This document shows, piece after piece, positions 27,541 to 42,012 of a stretch of 64,000 nt of DNA. Source of the DNA: Octopus sinensis (taxonomy: Eukaryota); NCBI RefSeq assembly GCF_006345805.1, contig NC_042999.1, positions 99,944,001-100,008,000 of the forward strand. The letters run 5' to 3'. Numbering within the stretch: position 1 is the first letter of the stretch; the number at the start of each line of letters is the position of its first letter. The notes under the pieces were generated by a model. The model searched no databases. It was not told where the DNA came from and saw only the letters and a list, made by a program, of their open reading frames with translations. Position numbers and translations under genes: made by a program.

Positions 27541-28293
27541 GGTGTATATATGTATATAAACATATATATATAAATCATATATAGGGGTACTCATACGTGT
27601 GTGTGTATGTCTGTGTGTGCGTGTGTGTGTACATACATATGAATACCCATGCATATTCATTAACATATGGACACGTATACATACCTCTGCTATGTGTCTT
27701 TAATCACTATAAACGAGATGTATAGTAATAACCAAAAGTAAAATGAAAACTAAAAGCTACGTTATTTTTATTTCACATTATCCATTTTCTTATTTATGTA
27801 TGCGTATTTCGTCTACTTCCTGTTTATCTCTGCATCACACTATCTCCTACTCACCCGTGATCTCCCCATTCTCCCCGTCTACGTATAACATGTAGAATGG
27901 GTTTAAAAATATATATGCGCATATGTATCTATGTGTAAGTGTCGAAGTTGCGTGGCTTATGAGTTATGATATTGGTATGTAGTCATATGTTCGTGGGTTC
28001 AAATCATAGACTCGGGAGTACGTTTTGCCCTTTAGTCAAATCGCTTGATTTCTCCGCTTTATTCAGCTATAAACGGATACCGCCTTAGTGGTGGTGCAGA
28101 TTGTCTCCTTCTAACATTCACATTTCTGTTGTGCCATTGGATCAGAGGTCAGGGATGGATGTTTATATCTTTGTTACTACACGAGCACCTAAAACAAGTA
28201 TGTATGTGTGTGTGTATGTGTGTGTGTGTGTGTGTGTGGCATTCTGTCTGTGTATATATGCATGTATATATATACATGCATATATATGTATGC

Positions 28294-28331
<38 letters not shown>

Positions 28332-29889
28332 TATCATATATATCTCCTGAATCCTTCAGTACACATAAGGGTAACTATATCTACAGATAATGATACACCA
28401 ACAACACTGACGTCACCGATGAATGTCCGTGTTGTGACCTCATTATTCATGTAGCCATATTTATGTGGGTTCAGCCATTATCACACCTACCAAACAGTAA
28501 TTGTTTTCTTTTACAAGTTGTTGAGGATTAATTTTTGGTGTAAGTCACGATATGTGACTGTCATATCTATGATGAAGTATGTTCTGCTCACTTGTGCAGT
28601 TTACAAATCACTGCTTATGTGTCCTTCTATTATCCACCAAATAGAACTGAGACTATTTAATTTCAAACTGATATCTCCCGTCCAAGAATTACGAGCTAAT
28701 ATATTCTTGCCTCATACGATTCCTTCAGTGATTCACATTTAAATCGGATTTTTTTATCCATGTACGAACTCTATTTTGTGTTCCCAGTGCACGTTAACAT
28801 AAATATCTTTTACTTTGGTTTTCAAACACGAAAGTCTCCTTCAAATCTACCTGTGCACATTCCAGCCATCACCATTTTGCAGTTTTCTAGTTTCCAACTT
28901 TTCTATGTTTTCGCTCCTGTGTTTTCATTTCCTACCCTCCTTATGCAAAACTGGGGACGTATTTTCGTGATATTTTACATTATATTGACACTTGCTATTC
29001 TGTGCTTGTGCATTTGAGTCAAAGCGCAGAGAGCCAAAACAAATGACCTTCCGTTGTTGTACATGCGTGTGTTTGTAAAAATATATATGTGTGTGTGCTT
29101 TCATACCTGTGTTTGTGCGTCTGTATGTATGCATATATGTGTATGCGTGTTTATGCATGTGTTTGTGCATGATCTCTTAATGATTGATATTCGTATTCAG
29201 GATAGGTCATGACAGCTAGTATATTTATCACACTCATCAGTTGGACAAATGCTTGAATATATTTGTTAATCGTAGAGAACTTTCGAACGAAATACAATGA
29301 ATTGACATGGCTTTATTTTAAATATCTCTGATTAAATTAGCATAATTCGCTGATTTACATTCATTTGTAGTTTGAATTTGTCTTTAACTTGTTTTTTTAT
29401 GTTACTAATGTCGATGTCGTTTACAATTATTTTTTGTTTTGTTTTGTTTTTATGTAGTCAAGTTGTATTTTATGTACATTCTCTCACTGTAAACTTAGAT
29501 CTCGTTCATGATGTTTTACGATACAATGACAGCATGTGGATTGTTGTATTAACCCAATCACATGTAATTAGAGCTTTCGCCAATATATCATCAATAAATC
29601 TAGTCAGTTCGACGAAAGAAACCACTGGAGAAAGTTCCTATCCAACTAAACATAATATTAATATGTAGTTACCAAAGAAGTTGTAGATAGTTTGGACTAA
29701 ACTGTTGTACAGTATAGCTTCTTCCTTGTAATCATGTGCTCAAATCCTAAATATGTTAGCTTTGCTATTCAAATACATGGGGCCGATAAATTTTTTTCCA
29801 TATGCCTATCTTTTCTTTAACTACCCTACACTCCTGTCAAAGTTAGCAAAGGAAGCGAACTTATTTAAATTCGGTACTGAATATACAGT

Positions 29890-30151
29890 GGAGGCGCGTG
29901 GCTTAGTGGTTAGGGTGTCATCATCATGATCGTAAAATTGTGGTTTCGATTCCTGGACCGGGCGACGCGTTGTGTTCCTGGGCAAAATACTTCATTTCAC
30001 GTTACTCCAATCCACTCAGCTGGCAAAAATGAGTAAGGTTGCGATGGACTGGCGTCCCGTCCAATTGAGGAGCATATACGCCATAGAAACTGGGAAACCG
30101 GGCCCATGAGACTGGCTAGCCTTTAAAAAGGGCGCATTTATTTATTTTATT
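29890..30151 (+). mobile_element. Full-length tRNA-derived SINE family A with target-site duplication
   Basis: A/B boxes and a (TTTA)n tail. It is flanked by the direct repeat TACTGAATATA at 29875-29885 and 30152-30162. Confidence 0.85.
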
Positions 30152-31335
30152 TACTGAATATATAAGTTATAATAGCCATAGGTTATACCAAAAGAGTCAA
30201 CGAGAAAATCTATTCATGGTTGATTGATTTGTTCGAAATAGCAGCCAAATCACTTTAAAAGACATTTGGATTATGTGAAACTGAACATACTACATCTAAG
30301 GAAAAGAAAAGAATGGAGTATAACTTGAGCAACATCTTTGACTAGAACCAACAGCGATCAATGAAACCTAGCTTGAAATAACAACTACAACAACAAACTA
30401 AATAATATAAATACACAACTTTTTTTTTCTTTCTGTTTCCAACTTCTATGTCCACATTAACTGCCACGATTGGCGAATACAGCATTAAATCAATGAATTA
30501 TCCCTATCTAGTTTTTTGATTTACTAGAAGTAGAAGGTCACAATCGATGATGTAGTCCTTTTACTGAATGCTCTCCCCAATTTGTAAATATGTCTCTGTA
30601 AAGAAGGGTTTTACACAAATAGTTTAGACATACAACTTCCCATAACATATGAATTTATCCCATCTGCAATCTTTATGGAAAAAACGGCAGACCGGCAGAG
30701 TCCAGATCGCAACAAGGTGTAATTTACCTTGCTAGTCAGTTAACGGGATAAAGTACTAGTTAAGCATTCGCTTAGATTGTATTACTATGATGCGTCATAC
30801 ATATTAATAAAATTACAAACGAAGACAAATAACATTTAAATATTTTGACTTCAATCTTGATTTTAACTGCTCCTGAGATGTTGGACAGGCAACTCGCGAA
30901 TATTTTTGTTTTCGCAGGGGTTTATAAGCTTCCAGTCTTTTCGGGAAATTTCTGGAAGTAATAGAAAATTATTTTTTATAATGAATTTTGTACTAATATT
31001 TCTGTTTTAGTACATGCATTATGTCAACGTTCCTCAAAACTTTTTGCCTCTGAGCGGTTTCATGCAAGATAATTTTTCTATGAACAGGGGGGGGTCACTA
31101 GCATAACAGAACACAGTAAAGTGCGAAATATGATAAGTATATATATATATTATATATATATGCATTAATACACAGATATTATGAGTGCTCAATTGGTACT
31201 TAATTATAAATAATCTTTATTTGTGAGCAAACCAGGCTTCCAATGGGTTCATGTTAAGAAAGATATGTGTCACCTAACAATTATCAAACCTGTTAACAGA
31301 TATATCTTTCTCAACATGAAACCAATGGTAGCTTG

Positions 31336-31375
<40 letters not shown>

Positions 31376-32395
31376 TATACTCTCTGTATATTCCAAAAGA
31401 AAGACTTCGCATGAAACATCGCAACATCGGTCTTCCTTCCATATAAGGTACCTTCTAAATCTATGAAGTAATATTTTTTTGTGAGCGCAGTCTTACACTC
31501 CTCTCTTCAAACAATTGTTGTTGTTTTCCCTTTCAATCTTTATGTATATTGATAAATTTGTTGTCAAGCGAAATATTGATTTCCTGAGAAACTAGATCCC
31601 ATCAGATTTGTGAGTATGGCATATTTAATTCATCTCTCGGTTTAACATCAACAGACACTTCGGAGCCTTAAGCGAAGTCTACTCTCAGGACAACCTCTTT
31701 CCACTAAATTTACACGTTATTAAAAATACCATACGTATTACAATTCCGCCTCTGAGTAAATCATACAAAACAGCATACCAGATGCATTCCTAAAACATTA
31801 CTTAAAGAAGTAATTTACATGAAATGCCTTCAGCTATAAATCGCGACAAAAAATTATGATGTCATTGTCCAGAACTTTCATTCACAACAAGGAAGGAAAA
31901 TTAAATATGAAAATTATTTTCATATATCAAATATTTATTTTCAATTCACAATTGTTATGACGCTGATGTTACTTTTGGCCCTGAAGATATTTCTTGATTA
32001 GAAGTGAAAACAATTGGCTTCATACCACTAAGTCTATTATATCAATGCAATCGATTTTCGGGATTAAAGGGAAAGAATACTAAACCTCAACTTAACATTC
32101 TACTCTTCATACCAAATTGTTACCTCGAAAACTAGATAAATATTTAATGTGAAAAACGAATCTGACGGATTAATCTCTTTTAAGCTTCAACAAGTACTGA
32201 ACCAGTGGATTCAGCGAAAATTCTATAGGCAGACACGCGCGTGTAAATGTTGTGTGTGTGCATGTGTGCATGTGTGCGTGTGTGTGTATGTGTTTATACA
32301 CACATATATATATTCGTATACATATATGTATATGCATATACGTATGCATATATACATCCATACTTACGCATGTATACGTATACATACATACATAC

Positions 32396-32446
<51 letters not shown>

Positions 32447-34559
32447 CGTATGCATGTTTCCTGTCTTCGTCTATTTTCAATCATAGATATATGTTTCCTG
32501 TTAATAATAGATGCTGTTACAACGATACATGCTAAAATACAATTCAGGTTCACCGTTACGTGCAGTTTCTACCGATCTCAATTTTGTTTTGTAAAAGAGA
32601 CATCATTTCGAAAAAAGATTTAATTTGTATGATATTTTCAAAATATCTAATCGCTAAAGAAAGTATTCGACAATCTACCATTTTAAGTTATTCAGATTCA
32701 TCTGATAGCTTACATACGCAAGTAAATCTTTACCAAACGTAAATAAAAATAAAGCTGAGCTGGCTTTAAACGATGTAGGTAATCTTTTTTATTTACTCTT
32801 TATTAATTTTCTAATGCATATATTTTCATTCCTTTTTTCCGCGCTTCCTCTATCTTGTATTTTGATTTCTCTCTTCTCTACCTCTACTCCGTTATTTCTT
32901 TCTTTGCCTCTCAATTTATTCTTTGTTTCAATTATTTGCTCTTGTCTGTGGGTGAGTGTGTTTATCGTTTTCCTTCCTGTCTTTATTTCGTTTTCTTCTC
33001 CTCTCTTTTTGTTCTTCTCACTCTTCTTTATTCATATATTTCACTTTTCTTAGTATTCTTTCTAATTTTATTTTTTATTTATTCTCTGATCTTTAAAATT
33101 CTCCTTTTAGTTGCTTTCATGGGTTCCATTCGAAAAGAGTCCACTAGCTCATATCAGATTTAATTCCTACTCAAAACTCAGGATTTAAATTTTCTCCTAA
33201 AATACTCAATATTCTCTTTCTAAGACTTGGTTCCAACGCAAATGAAGTTGAAATGTTTAGTATCTTAGAGACAATATAGTTGAGCAAAGATGAATTTCAC
33301 CCAGTAGTACACATCAGCTAGAGATATTTGGACAAGAGATTTAATTCAGTCTGTTTAATTCGCAAAGGCAATGGATACCAAGGTTTTGCTGAAGAGGTTA
33401 AATTGAGACCTGGGTGGTAATTTCTTAACAGAACAAAATAAAACGATTTGAATTATAAAGTAGAAATATATATAGATATAAGCAACAGCAATTACGTTTA
33501 GAAAAGTAAAATATAGTAATGGATATGGTATGCGACTAATTTCTCTTGTGTATGAGTTTACTTTCGCTAAGCATGTTTGGTTGTATTTCTGCGTAAGGCA
33601 CAAATATATGGTGAGGTAATTATGTGTTTCTCGGTTCTTTCCCCCTGCGCTGCACTATGAGGAAGTACCCTCTGCTTTCGCAACGGGATGACAAATACTT
33701 AGAGAATCAAATTTAATAGACGGAAACAGAAATGTGTGAAAGATCGTTGTATGTGTCCTCGTGTGTGTGGAAGTCTGTGTGGATGTCTGTCCTTCTCATT
33801 ACATATATCCAATGTTGAATGACTCAGGAAAAAATTATCTATCGTTGTGAACACCGGACGTGCGCACGCTCTACCCGTGTATACACGTGAACCCCAAAAA
33901 TACGCTGTGTTGTCACTAGAGTCAATGAAAATTAGTAAAACAGTGATTATCCGTTCAAATCCTAGAATGAAAGACGATGATTTTCTGTTATAAAATATTG
34001 TAAAAATACATGTATATCTGAAGTACTTATCATTTTTTAAAGTAGAGATCATTATAGCTGATCTTGCATTTCTTTTTTTTTCTTTTTTTTTGAAAATTCC
34101 ATTTAAGAAAGAATAAATGACTCCAGATAAAGCACTACTGTTGCTACACATTACCAAAGACATTCAACTTCCCGATAGATTTCTCAATGGCTTAATCCTA
34201 TATAAAAATTACATGACATATGTGCAGCGAAAAAGGTAAAAGGATCTGCGTAAAAGGATTTCTTCAAAGCAAGCAACGATGTAGATATGTCTATAAGAAT
34301 TACAACAGCATATTTTATTCATTTATTGTTACTCGTATAGTAAGGCGACGCACTGGCAGAATGAAGCGATATTTCTTCCTGCTCTAAGTTCAAATTCCGC
34401 TGAGGGTAGTTTTCTCTCATCCTTTCGAAATCAAAAAGAAAAATTAGCCGTAAAGTTCTGCGTGGAAGTAATCAAGTCCCCTTTCCTTCCAAAAAGCTAG
34501 TCGAGTGCAAAATTTAAATAGATTTACTATTGCAATGGTTTATCTTATACTTCTTTCAG

Positions 34560-34735
34560 ACATTTGGTTGCAATATGCTGGGGCACCTCTTTGAGGAGTT
34601 TTAGTCCAAACAAATCGACACCAGGACTCACTTTACAACCTAGTACTTATCCTGTCGGTGTGTTTTGCTGAAACACTAAGTTACAGGAAGGTAAAAACAC
34701 CAAAACTGGTTGTCAAAATGGGGGACAGATGCAGA
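34560..34735 (-). mobile_element. SINE family B 3' half (diverged)
   Basis: Reverse complement of 43500-43680. Confidence 0.65.
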
Positions 34736-34754
34736 TACAATGTCATACATACAT

Positions 34755-35825
34755 AAATCTAATCTTCCTTTGCAGTGTCGTGAAGCTGTTATTAGGAATT
34801 TTCCTAAGAATTCTAGGTATTACTCTATTATCAACTCACACACGGTTAGAATTGGTTTTTCCAACACAAAACATTTCTTACAAATTATCTCCTTACATAA
34901 TATTAGCTTGTTAAATAGGGATACATTTACTAATACTAACATTAATTTAGCTAATACTATCCATCCCACTAGAAATATTAATAACAAGGTTAGTGTATCT
35001 GAAGTCAATTACAACAAAATCAAGTTTATTTCAAGTAACTCTAAAATTAAAAATTTTATATTCCAGTGTAAAATTACTTCTGGTAATGAAGTATGTTTTT
35101 ATATAGGCAGCTCATCTTCTCAGCTATCTAAAATAATTTCTAATCAGTACTCTAGGGATAGGAATAAACGTAACAGTACAAGGCTTAGTAAATTAATTTG
35201 GCATCTAAAAGACCTCAGTAAACAATTAATTTTAGACTGGTTGATTCTCTCAATTTCGATACCTTATGATAAAAGCAAGGAATTCTGTATTCGCTGTAAT
35301 TCTGAACAATTTTTTAATTCTTTTTTCTAAAAATCCCCTTGTAAATACGGTGATAGAGCGTGCATACCGATGTAAACATTGGCAGAAACACACCTTTAGT
35401 TTATATAAGTGATATCTATCATTATATATAATTTAAACAATAATTTTATTCTTACATTTCACATTCACTAGATATATCTTTTTCCAAGAGTTTAGGGGTT
35501 TATTTAATTTACATATCGTTATATACTTCTCATTTATTTCGGTTTTTTCTTTCCTTTACCCCTCCTCTTTCTATAGGCTACACTTGACGTTACATCCTCT
35601 AGCGTTTTTTTTTAAAACACAAACTTAATAGCGTTCAGTTAATCACTATATATATCCATCAAATTCTGTTAAAATGCCTTGTTGACAATTTTCATTTCTT
35701 CATTTCCCTGAAGAGAAAATTACATTGTTTTACACTATTTTATTCTTTTAGAATAATACCAGTGATATCTTCGAAACATGTGTCGGAAGTAAACGAATTT
35801 GAATAACACATGTGTTTAACTCTTT
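34755..35825 (+). mobile_element. Penelope-like element 3' part: GIY-YIG endonuclease remnant plus pseudo-LTR
   Basis: ORF 34710-35330 contains NFPKNSRYYSIINSHTVRIGFS...FIFQCKIT...FYIGSS...NSTRLSKLIWHLKD...CIRCNSE, the PLE GIY-YIG signature. A hammerhead follows downstream. Confidence 0.85.
35704..35788 (+). ncRNA. Type I hammerhead ribozyme, intact core
   Basis: Stem I TTCC/GGAA; CTGAAGA (35708-14); stem II closed by G-C; GAAA (35773-76); C-ATGT-G; GTC cleavage triplet. Confidence 0.8.
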
Positions 35826-35943
35826 CCTTTTCCGTCTTTCAAATCCACTCACAAGGCTTTGGCTGGCCTGGGTTATAGAAGAAGACACTTGCCCAAGATA
35901 TCATTCGGTGGGACTGAACCCCGAACCATGTCGTTGGGAAGCA
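35825..35943 (-). mobile_element. SINE family B 5' fragment
   Basis: Reverse complement of 43310-43430. Confidence 0.7.
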
Positions 35944-36430
35944 GTGTCTGGTTGTTGATAAGTTGTCCAGAATAAGCTCCACATAAACTGATGTATGACA
36001 TGCAGATGACTTCTTGAAGGCGTCGGTACAGCACTAATCTTTGAAATACGAGGTACAGGATGTTTATGCTTTGGCTGAATTTCCTTGTTCAACAACTGAA
36101 ATCTGAGAACATGCTAGGGAAATAAAATGTACGTCGGCTGAAAGTGCGACAAACAACAGAACATACGCTCACCAGTCCATTCCAGAAGAGTTATTGTACT
36201 GTGGTTCTGAGACAGCAGAGGACGCGTGTAACATCGTTCTTTGCATACACTCAAAATGTAATCATGTTTAATCATTCTGAAATAAAGAAATTTATGTAAA
36301 TAGGAGTTCGCATGCGCGTCTGTATTCATATGTATGAGTACATACATATGAATATAGACGCGCTTGCACACACGCTTTTTTATGTACACACGCACACATC
36401 CATTATTATATATATTAGTTATACACACAC

Positions 36431-36533
<103 letters not shown>

Positions 36534-36777
36534 TATATACATATACATATATATGTTTATATATATACGCACATCAAATACATATGTAGAGATATATATG
36601 TATATAATGTTATGTATATATGTATTTTGCATATGTGCAGTATTTATAGCAGGAAATAGTATAAACAAAATTTACCAGAACAATTATTTTATATATATAT
36701 ATTTATATCTGTTAGAATCATATTACATATATATGTATATGTGTATGTATGTATGTATGTATATATATATATATATA

Positions 36778-36848
<71 letters not shown>

Positions 36849-37305
36849 TATATTATATTATATTATACTATATTATATTATATTATATTATATTATATTA
36901 TATCATAATGTAATTTGAAATGAATAGTTATTGCAATGTTGAAACTTCCTTTTTCACTGATAACAGACCGTCGATTTTATCATTTACCTGGTTTTGCCAG
37001 AAGATGTACATTTTAACGGCTATCTTCCTTTCTTCTTTGTTCCAATTCCCCCAAGCAGCAAATGACAGTCTTCACTCTTAATTTGTAGATAACCAGATTT
37101 TTTTACAGCTCATTTTGGATCAATTCTTACTTATCAAACAAACAGCGGGAGTTTCTTATAACAGGAGCGATTAGGCATCCAACCCACAGGAAAGCAAACC
37201 ATTAAGTGTAAAATCTATACAAATTTAGTCAAATATGTATCTTGTTAAATCTACTGTCAGTAATTTCTGATAAGCATTGCTTCTTCAATATACATACATA
37301 TATAT

Positions 37306-37355
<50 letters not shown>

Positions 37356-37839
37356 TTGAGTAGGAAGTCTTCTGCCAAAGACGCTCTGTATCTTCTATCT
37401 AATATCTTTGAAGCAACTTACGTCTAGTTTCAATACAAAATAATCTTTTGATGGTTCTTATACTTTACTATCAGCTGCAGCTAATGTTGCCAAAAGTCAA
37501 TTTTAGGTAGAAGTAGTCTGGAAATTGTCCAGTGACCTTTAGTATTTATTAGCCCAATATAAATGGAATCATTGTAAAGCAACATTATATGAATTATTTA
37601 CTTGTACTTGATCAAAGGAGGGAAACATAACACGGAGATTTCAGAATCAATTAATAGAATTAGAAAAAAAAAAGGTACAGACCAACCTTCTTAGTCATAC
37701 TTTATGCCTGAATAAATCAAAAACATTGTATACTACACAGAAAGAAGAGGCGATCCCAATATAAGAAGATAAAATATAATTGTCTAAGTATTACAATCAC
37801 CTTCGTATATTTCACGTATATTATATACATACATATATG

Positions 37840-37892
<53 letters not shown>

Positions 37893-37951
37893 GTATATAT
37901 ATATACATATATATAAAGATATATACTTACATACAAACATATATACATATA

Positions 37952-38285
37952 TTTATTATAAAAATATAAATATATGAAAGAATGGAGCTGAACGACGAAT
38001 TAACAAAATTCCTTTATTTTCGACATATGTTTTGAAGGCTGCATATTCCTAATTGCACTCATTATAGCTATGGGCTCCGTGTGAGCAATCATCTAAAACT
38101 TTTTTTGTGCATTTTGATGTTGACATAAGTTCCTTGCTTTTCCTGATGAGAAAGCGGCATAATATACTCCTTATTCCTTCGCAATTAGGAATATGCAGCC
38201 TTCGAAACATATGTCGAAAATAAAGGAATTTTGTTAATTCGTCGTTCAGCTCCATTCTTTCATATATTTATATTTTTAAAATAAA
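37952..38285. repeat. 105-bp inverted repeat with 124-bp spacer (inverted PLE pseudo-LTR)
   Basis: 37952-38056 versus 38181-38285, two mismatches seen. Confidence 0.9.
38138..38220 (+). ncRNA. Type I hammerhead ribozyme, intact core
   Basis: Stem I TTTTC/GAAAA; CTGATGA (38143-49); stem II GAAAGCGGCATA/TATGCAGCCTTC; GAAA; C-ATAT-G with a palindromic loop; GTC. Confidence 0.8.
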
Positions 38286-38460
38286 CATACAAATTTCCAC
38301 ACGAAAGCACGTAATCTATGACCTAGGCACGTAACTTCAACCGTGTTTTTTCTGATGTGAATTTGCTACCCAGGTATCGGTTAATTCGAATTATCCTTAA
38401 TAAGATAATTCATTCAACTACTCATATATTTATTATATGTGTATATATATATATATATAT

Positions 38461-38609
38461 AACAAAATTATAAAAATTATAAAATTCGAGGAAAAACCTT
38501 ACGTTGAATAAAATACATATTGACCTTAATGAAGGAAATATTAAGGTCAATATGTATTTCATTCAATGTAAGGTTTTCCCTCGAATTTTATAATTTTTAT
38601 AATTTTGTT
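38461..38609. repeat. Fold-back hairpin, 70-bp arms, 9-nt loop
   Basis: 38461-38530 versus 38540-38609, 3 mismatches, flanked by (TA)n. Confidence 0.9.
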
Positions 38610-38764
38610 ATATATATATATATTTTTTTTTAGCTCATTTTTGTTTATCGCTCGAAGATTGACCGTTATTTCTAAAGGACCAATCAAACAAGTCCATTTC
38701 TTAAAGGTGTAGCGTTTGTAATAGTCTGGATAGAATTGACATATCGGTTCCATTCTAGCAAAAA

Positions 38765-38802
38765 CTGTCCGATGAACGGCAACGGGTAACTCAGGGTAAC
38801 AG
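38765..38802 (+). ncRNA. Degenerate minimal type I hammerhead
   Basis: Stem I CTGT/ACAG; CCGATGA (for CTGATGA); ACGG-CAA-CGG; GTAA (for GAAA); CTC-A-GGG-TA. An AATAAA lies ~27 nt downstream. Confidence 0.45.
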
Positions 38803-38838
38803 GTTTTGTTGAATTTTCTGCTGCTTTAAATAAAGTAT

Positions 38839-38948
<110 letters not shown>

Positions 38949-39216
38949 ATATATATGTACATGTGTATATATATATATGTACATGTATATAGTGTGCAGA
39001 AGCGAGCTGCTATCATCTCTAGTACACGAAGTGTCCAGTGCTGAGGAGTGGCAGATATAGCCCGTCGCTAGGAGATGGTAGGAGTTCGCTCCCCAGCTCG
39101 TAATCTTATCGGATGCAGTTGAAAACGGACAGCCATGTTAAAGTGGCTACATATATTACTTGTCAGTACAATTACTGCGTTGATCTCTAAGAGAGATTTT
39201 AGAACTATATATATAT

Positions 39217-39510
39217 CACCGTCCACCGTGACCGACCAGGCTTTCAGATGTTACTACACATCGCTGATCACAATGCGCTTCGCATTGTTTTAGCCTTCAA
39301 ATGACGCCACCCCGCGGGCTAAGCGAGCAGGCCAACAGAAGAAAGAGTGAGTGAAAGTTGTGGCGAAAGAGTACAGCAGGGATCGCCGGAGCCTCGTGGA
39401 GCTTTAGGTGTTTTCGCTCAATAAACACTCACAAAGCCCGGTCTGGGAATCGAAACCGCGATCCTACGACCGCGAGTCCGCTGCCCTAACCACTGGGCCA
39501 TTGCGCCTCC
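39217..39510 (-). mobile_element. tRNA-derived SINE family D, full length
   Basis: The minus-strand head GGAGGCGCAATGGCCCAGTGGTTAGGG...GGTTTCGATTCCC carries A/B boxes. Partial copies are at 19857 and 47437. Confidence 0.85.
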
Positions 39511-39517
39511 ACACACT

Positions 39518-39594
<77 letters not shown>

Positions 39595-39640
39595 TATAAT
39601 ATATATTATATATATATATATATATAATATATATAATATA

Positions 39641-39712
<72 letters not shown>

Positions 39713-41849
39713 ACATATATATATATATGTATGTATACAGACTTACATACATATATACATTATTTACACGCATCATCATTCGATCCTCGTAATCTGGTAA
39801 CCTATTACTATTTAAAAATGCATATTAAAATTCTTAATACGATCCTACCAAGGAACGGATATAAATAAAATAAGTACCATCATATCCCAAGGTAAGTTAA
39901 ACATTTCAAACACATACATGTGAGAACAAAAAAATATATTTGTTTCATCGATGTGAAAGGAATTGTCCATACATAATATTAACTGTTTATCCTGGGAACT
40001 TCCCTTGTTAGATGACACTAAGATTTCAACAAGATGTTGACATCTGGAAACATTATTAATACTGTCTGCGAATATGCAAGCATATATATATATATATCTG
40101 TACTCGAAATACAAATGAAAAGTGTAGAGTTCGTAACGAATAATATGTGAGATTAAAATTAAAACATATACAATATTAATAAATGTATTAATACTTATAT
40201 AAAGTAAATACTAATCAATAAAACATAAGAACTATTTACTGATTGAAAATGAGAAAAAGAGGAGGGTAGATCATAAACTTATATACTGATAAATATAGAA
40301 CTTTTGGTTTTTGTCACACATGGGAGTTCCAGGTGTTCATAATAATATAAAATCAGAAAATGTAAGATTATTATACTTGATTTCTTTAGCATATTTCTTT
40401 GAAAGGAGCAGCTGTCCGTTTTACATTGGAAATGTTTAAACGAAGAAACTAGCGTTTGTGACAAAGAAGAATGCGCAGTGAAAATGCTTAGCAACTTTTA
40501 TTTATAGAAATTTTGCAGCTGTAAGAACATCATGAAATCATTTGGTGAGATAGATGACAGTATATCTTGAATATTATGCATGGTAAATGAAGTTTGAAGT
40601 AGGAAGAAAACTGAATAGCATCTAAACTAGAAACAAACACACAAAAAATCAAGTATTCAATTAACCTCATAACTCTAGTTTCTCCCCAAGAACTGACTTA
40701 TATGTGTGTGTGTAAAAATATAGCAATGCGTATATAAATGGATGTAGATAGATATATATACATACATATAGACACATAATACACTCACGTGTGTGTGTGT
40801 GTGTGTGTGTGTACACTACACTAATATCCATTTATTTGAAGGAGCCGAACCTCGGAAAATGTATAGTGCCTGAAATAAGTATTCTACATACAAGTTGTGA
40901 AGAGGAGGGGCAAGATTTCAAGCTAAGCTGAAAGTTGGTATATCAACTAAATAGCAATAACAGGCCTGTTGAGTTGTGAATAATGACGTTCATGTCAGAC
41001 GAATCATAGAATAATATCCGCTTATAGACAAAAATTATGGAGATTAAAGTATTCCCCTGTGCATATTTTCTTTGTTCTCGTGAAAATATACTGATAGCAT
41101 TTCTGATATTCAACACCACATTCGCTGATCAATATTCATCTGTTTATAGCATAATATAACCATGATAAAATATATTTAAAAATGTTCCTCCAACAAAAAG
41201 AAATCGAAAGAGAAAAAATATATGCAAAATTGAACGGGCTACTTCCACTTAAACGAATAAAAGGCAATACAGATCCAACACAATCTGATATTTCAATTTA
41301 AGTATTTTATCATTTCCTATACCAAAGAATTTTCGATCTATTATTTTACAACACTTAATCATTTTAATGACAGTGGCCTCATAACGACAATAGGATTTCA
41401 GCTTGCTCAATTCTTTGTAATATATTCTCAAAATATCCTGTCTTTATGCGAACATTTTAACATCAGAACAACTATCAATACCATATATATTTTCTATCCG
41501 GTATAATGATTCTTAATGCAAATACATATATCGCTTCTTATTTAAAATATTAAAAGGGTCCTCAACTATAATGACATTAAATAATATATTTATACTATAA
41601 GATATTTCATCTGCGTATAGATATTTATATGTATATGTATACGTATATATAAAATCCTCAGGAGTGAGTTCGAAAACTTATATATTCTGTTTTCCCTATA
41701 TCTCTTCAGACACCAAGGAACAAAAGTTTAGGAAAACTTAATTTATAACGAATAGCAAGAAGAAAAGAAGGAAAGAAAATGTCATTCCAAGTGACGACAT
41801 AGTCTCTCTTTAAGCTTACAACCCTCTGGAATAATGTGCATGCCTATAA

Positions 41850-42012
41850 AGGAGTGGCTGTGTAGTAAGAAGCTTGGTTCCCAACCACATGGTTCCGAGT
41901 TCGGTCCTATTGCGTGGCACCTTGGCCAAGTATCTTCTACTATAGCCTCGGGTTGACCAAAGCCTTGTGAGTTTATTTGGTAGACGGAAACTGAAAGAAG
42001 CTCGTCGTATAT
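41850..42012 (+). mobile_element. SINE family B 5' half
   Basis: Matches 43285-43445. Confidence 0.8.

Noticed and set aside
35945-36110. Minus-strand LNKEIQPKHKHPVPRI, faintly like a Gypsy RT segment or an exon
   Set aside because: The similarity is too short and no other RT motifs are recognisable.
37952-38285. Classical DNA-transposon MITE
   Set aside because: No clear TSD. One arm is part of a hammerhead that extends into the spacer, which fits an inverted PLE pseudo-LTR better.
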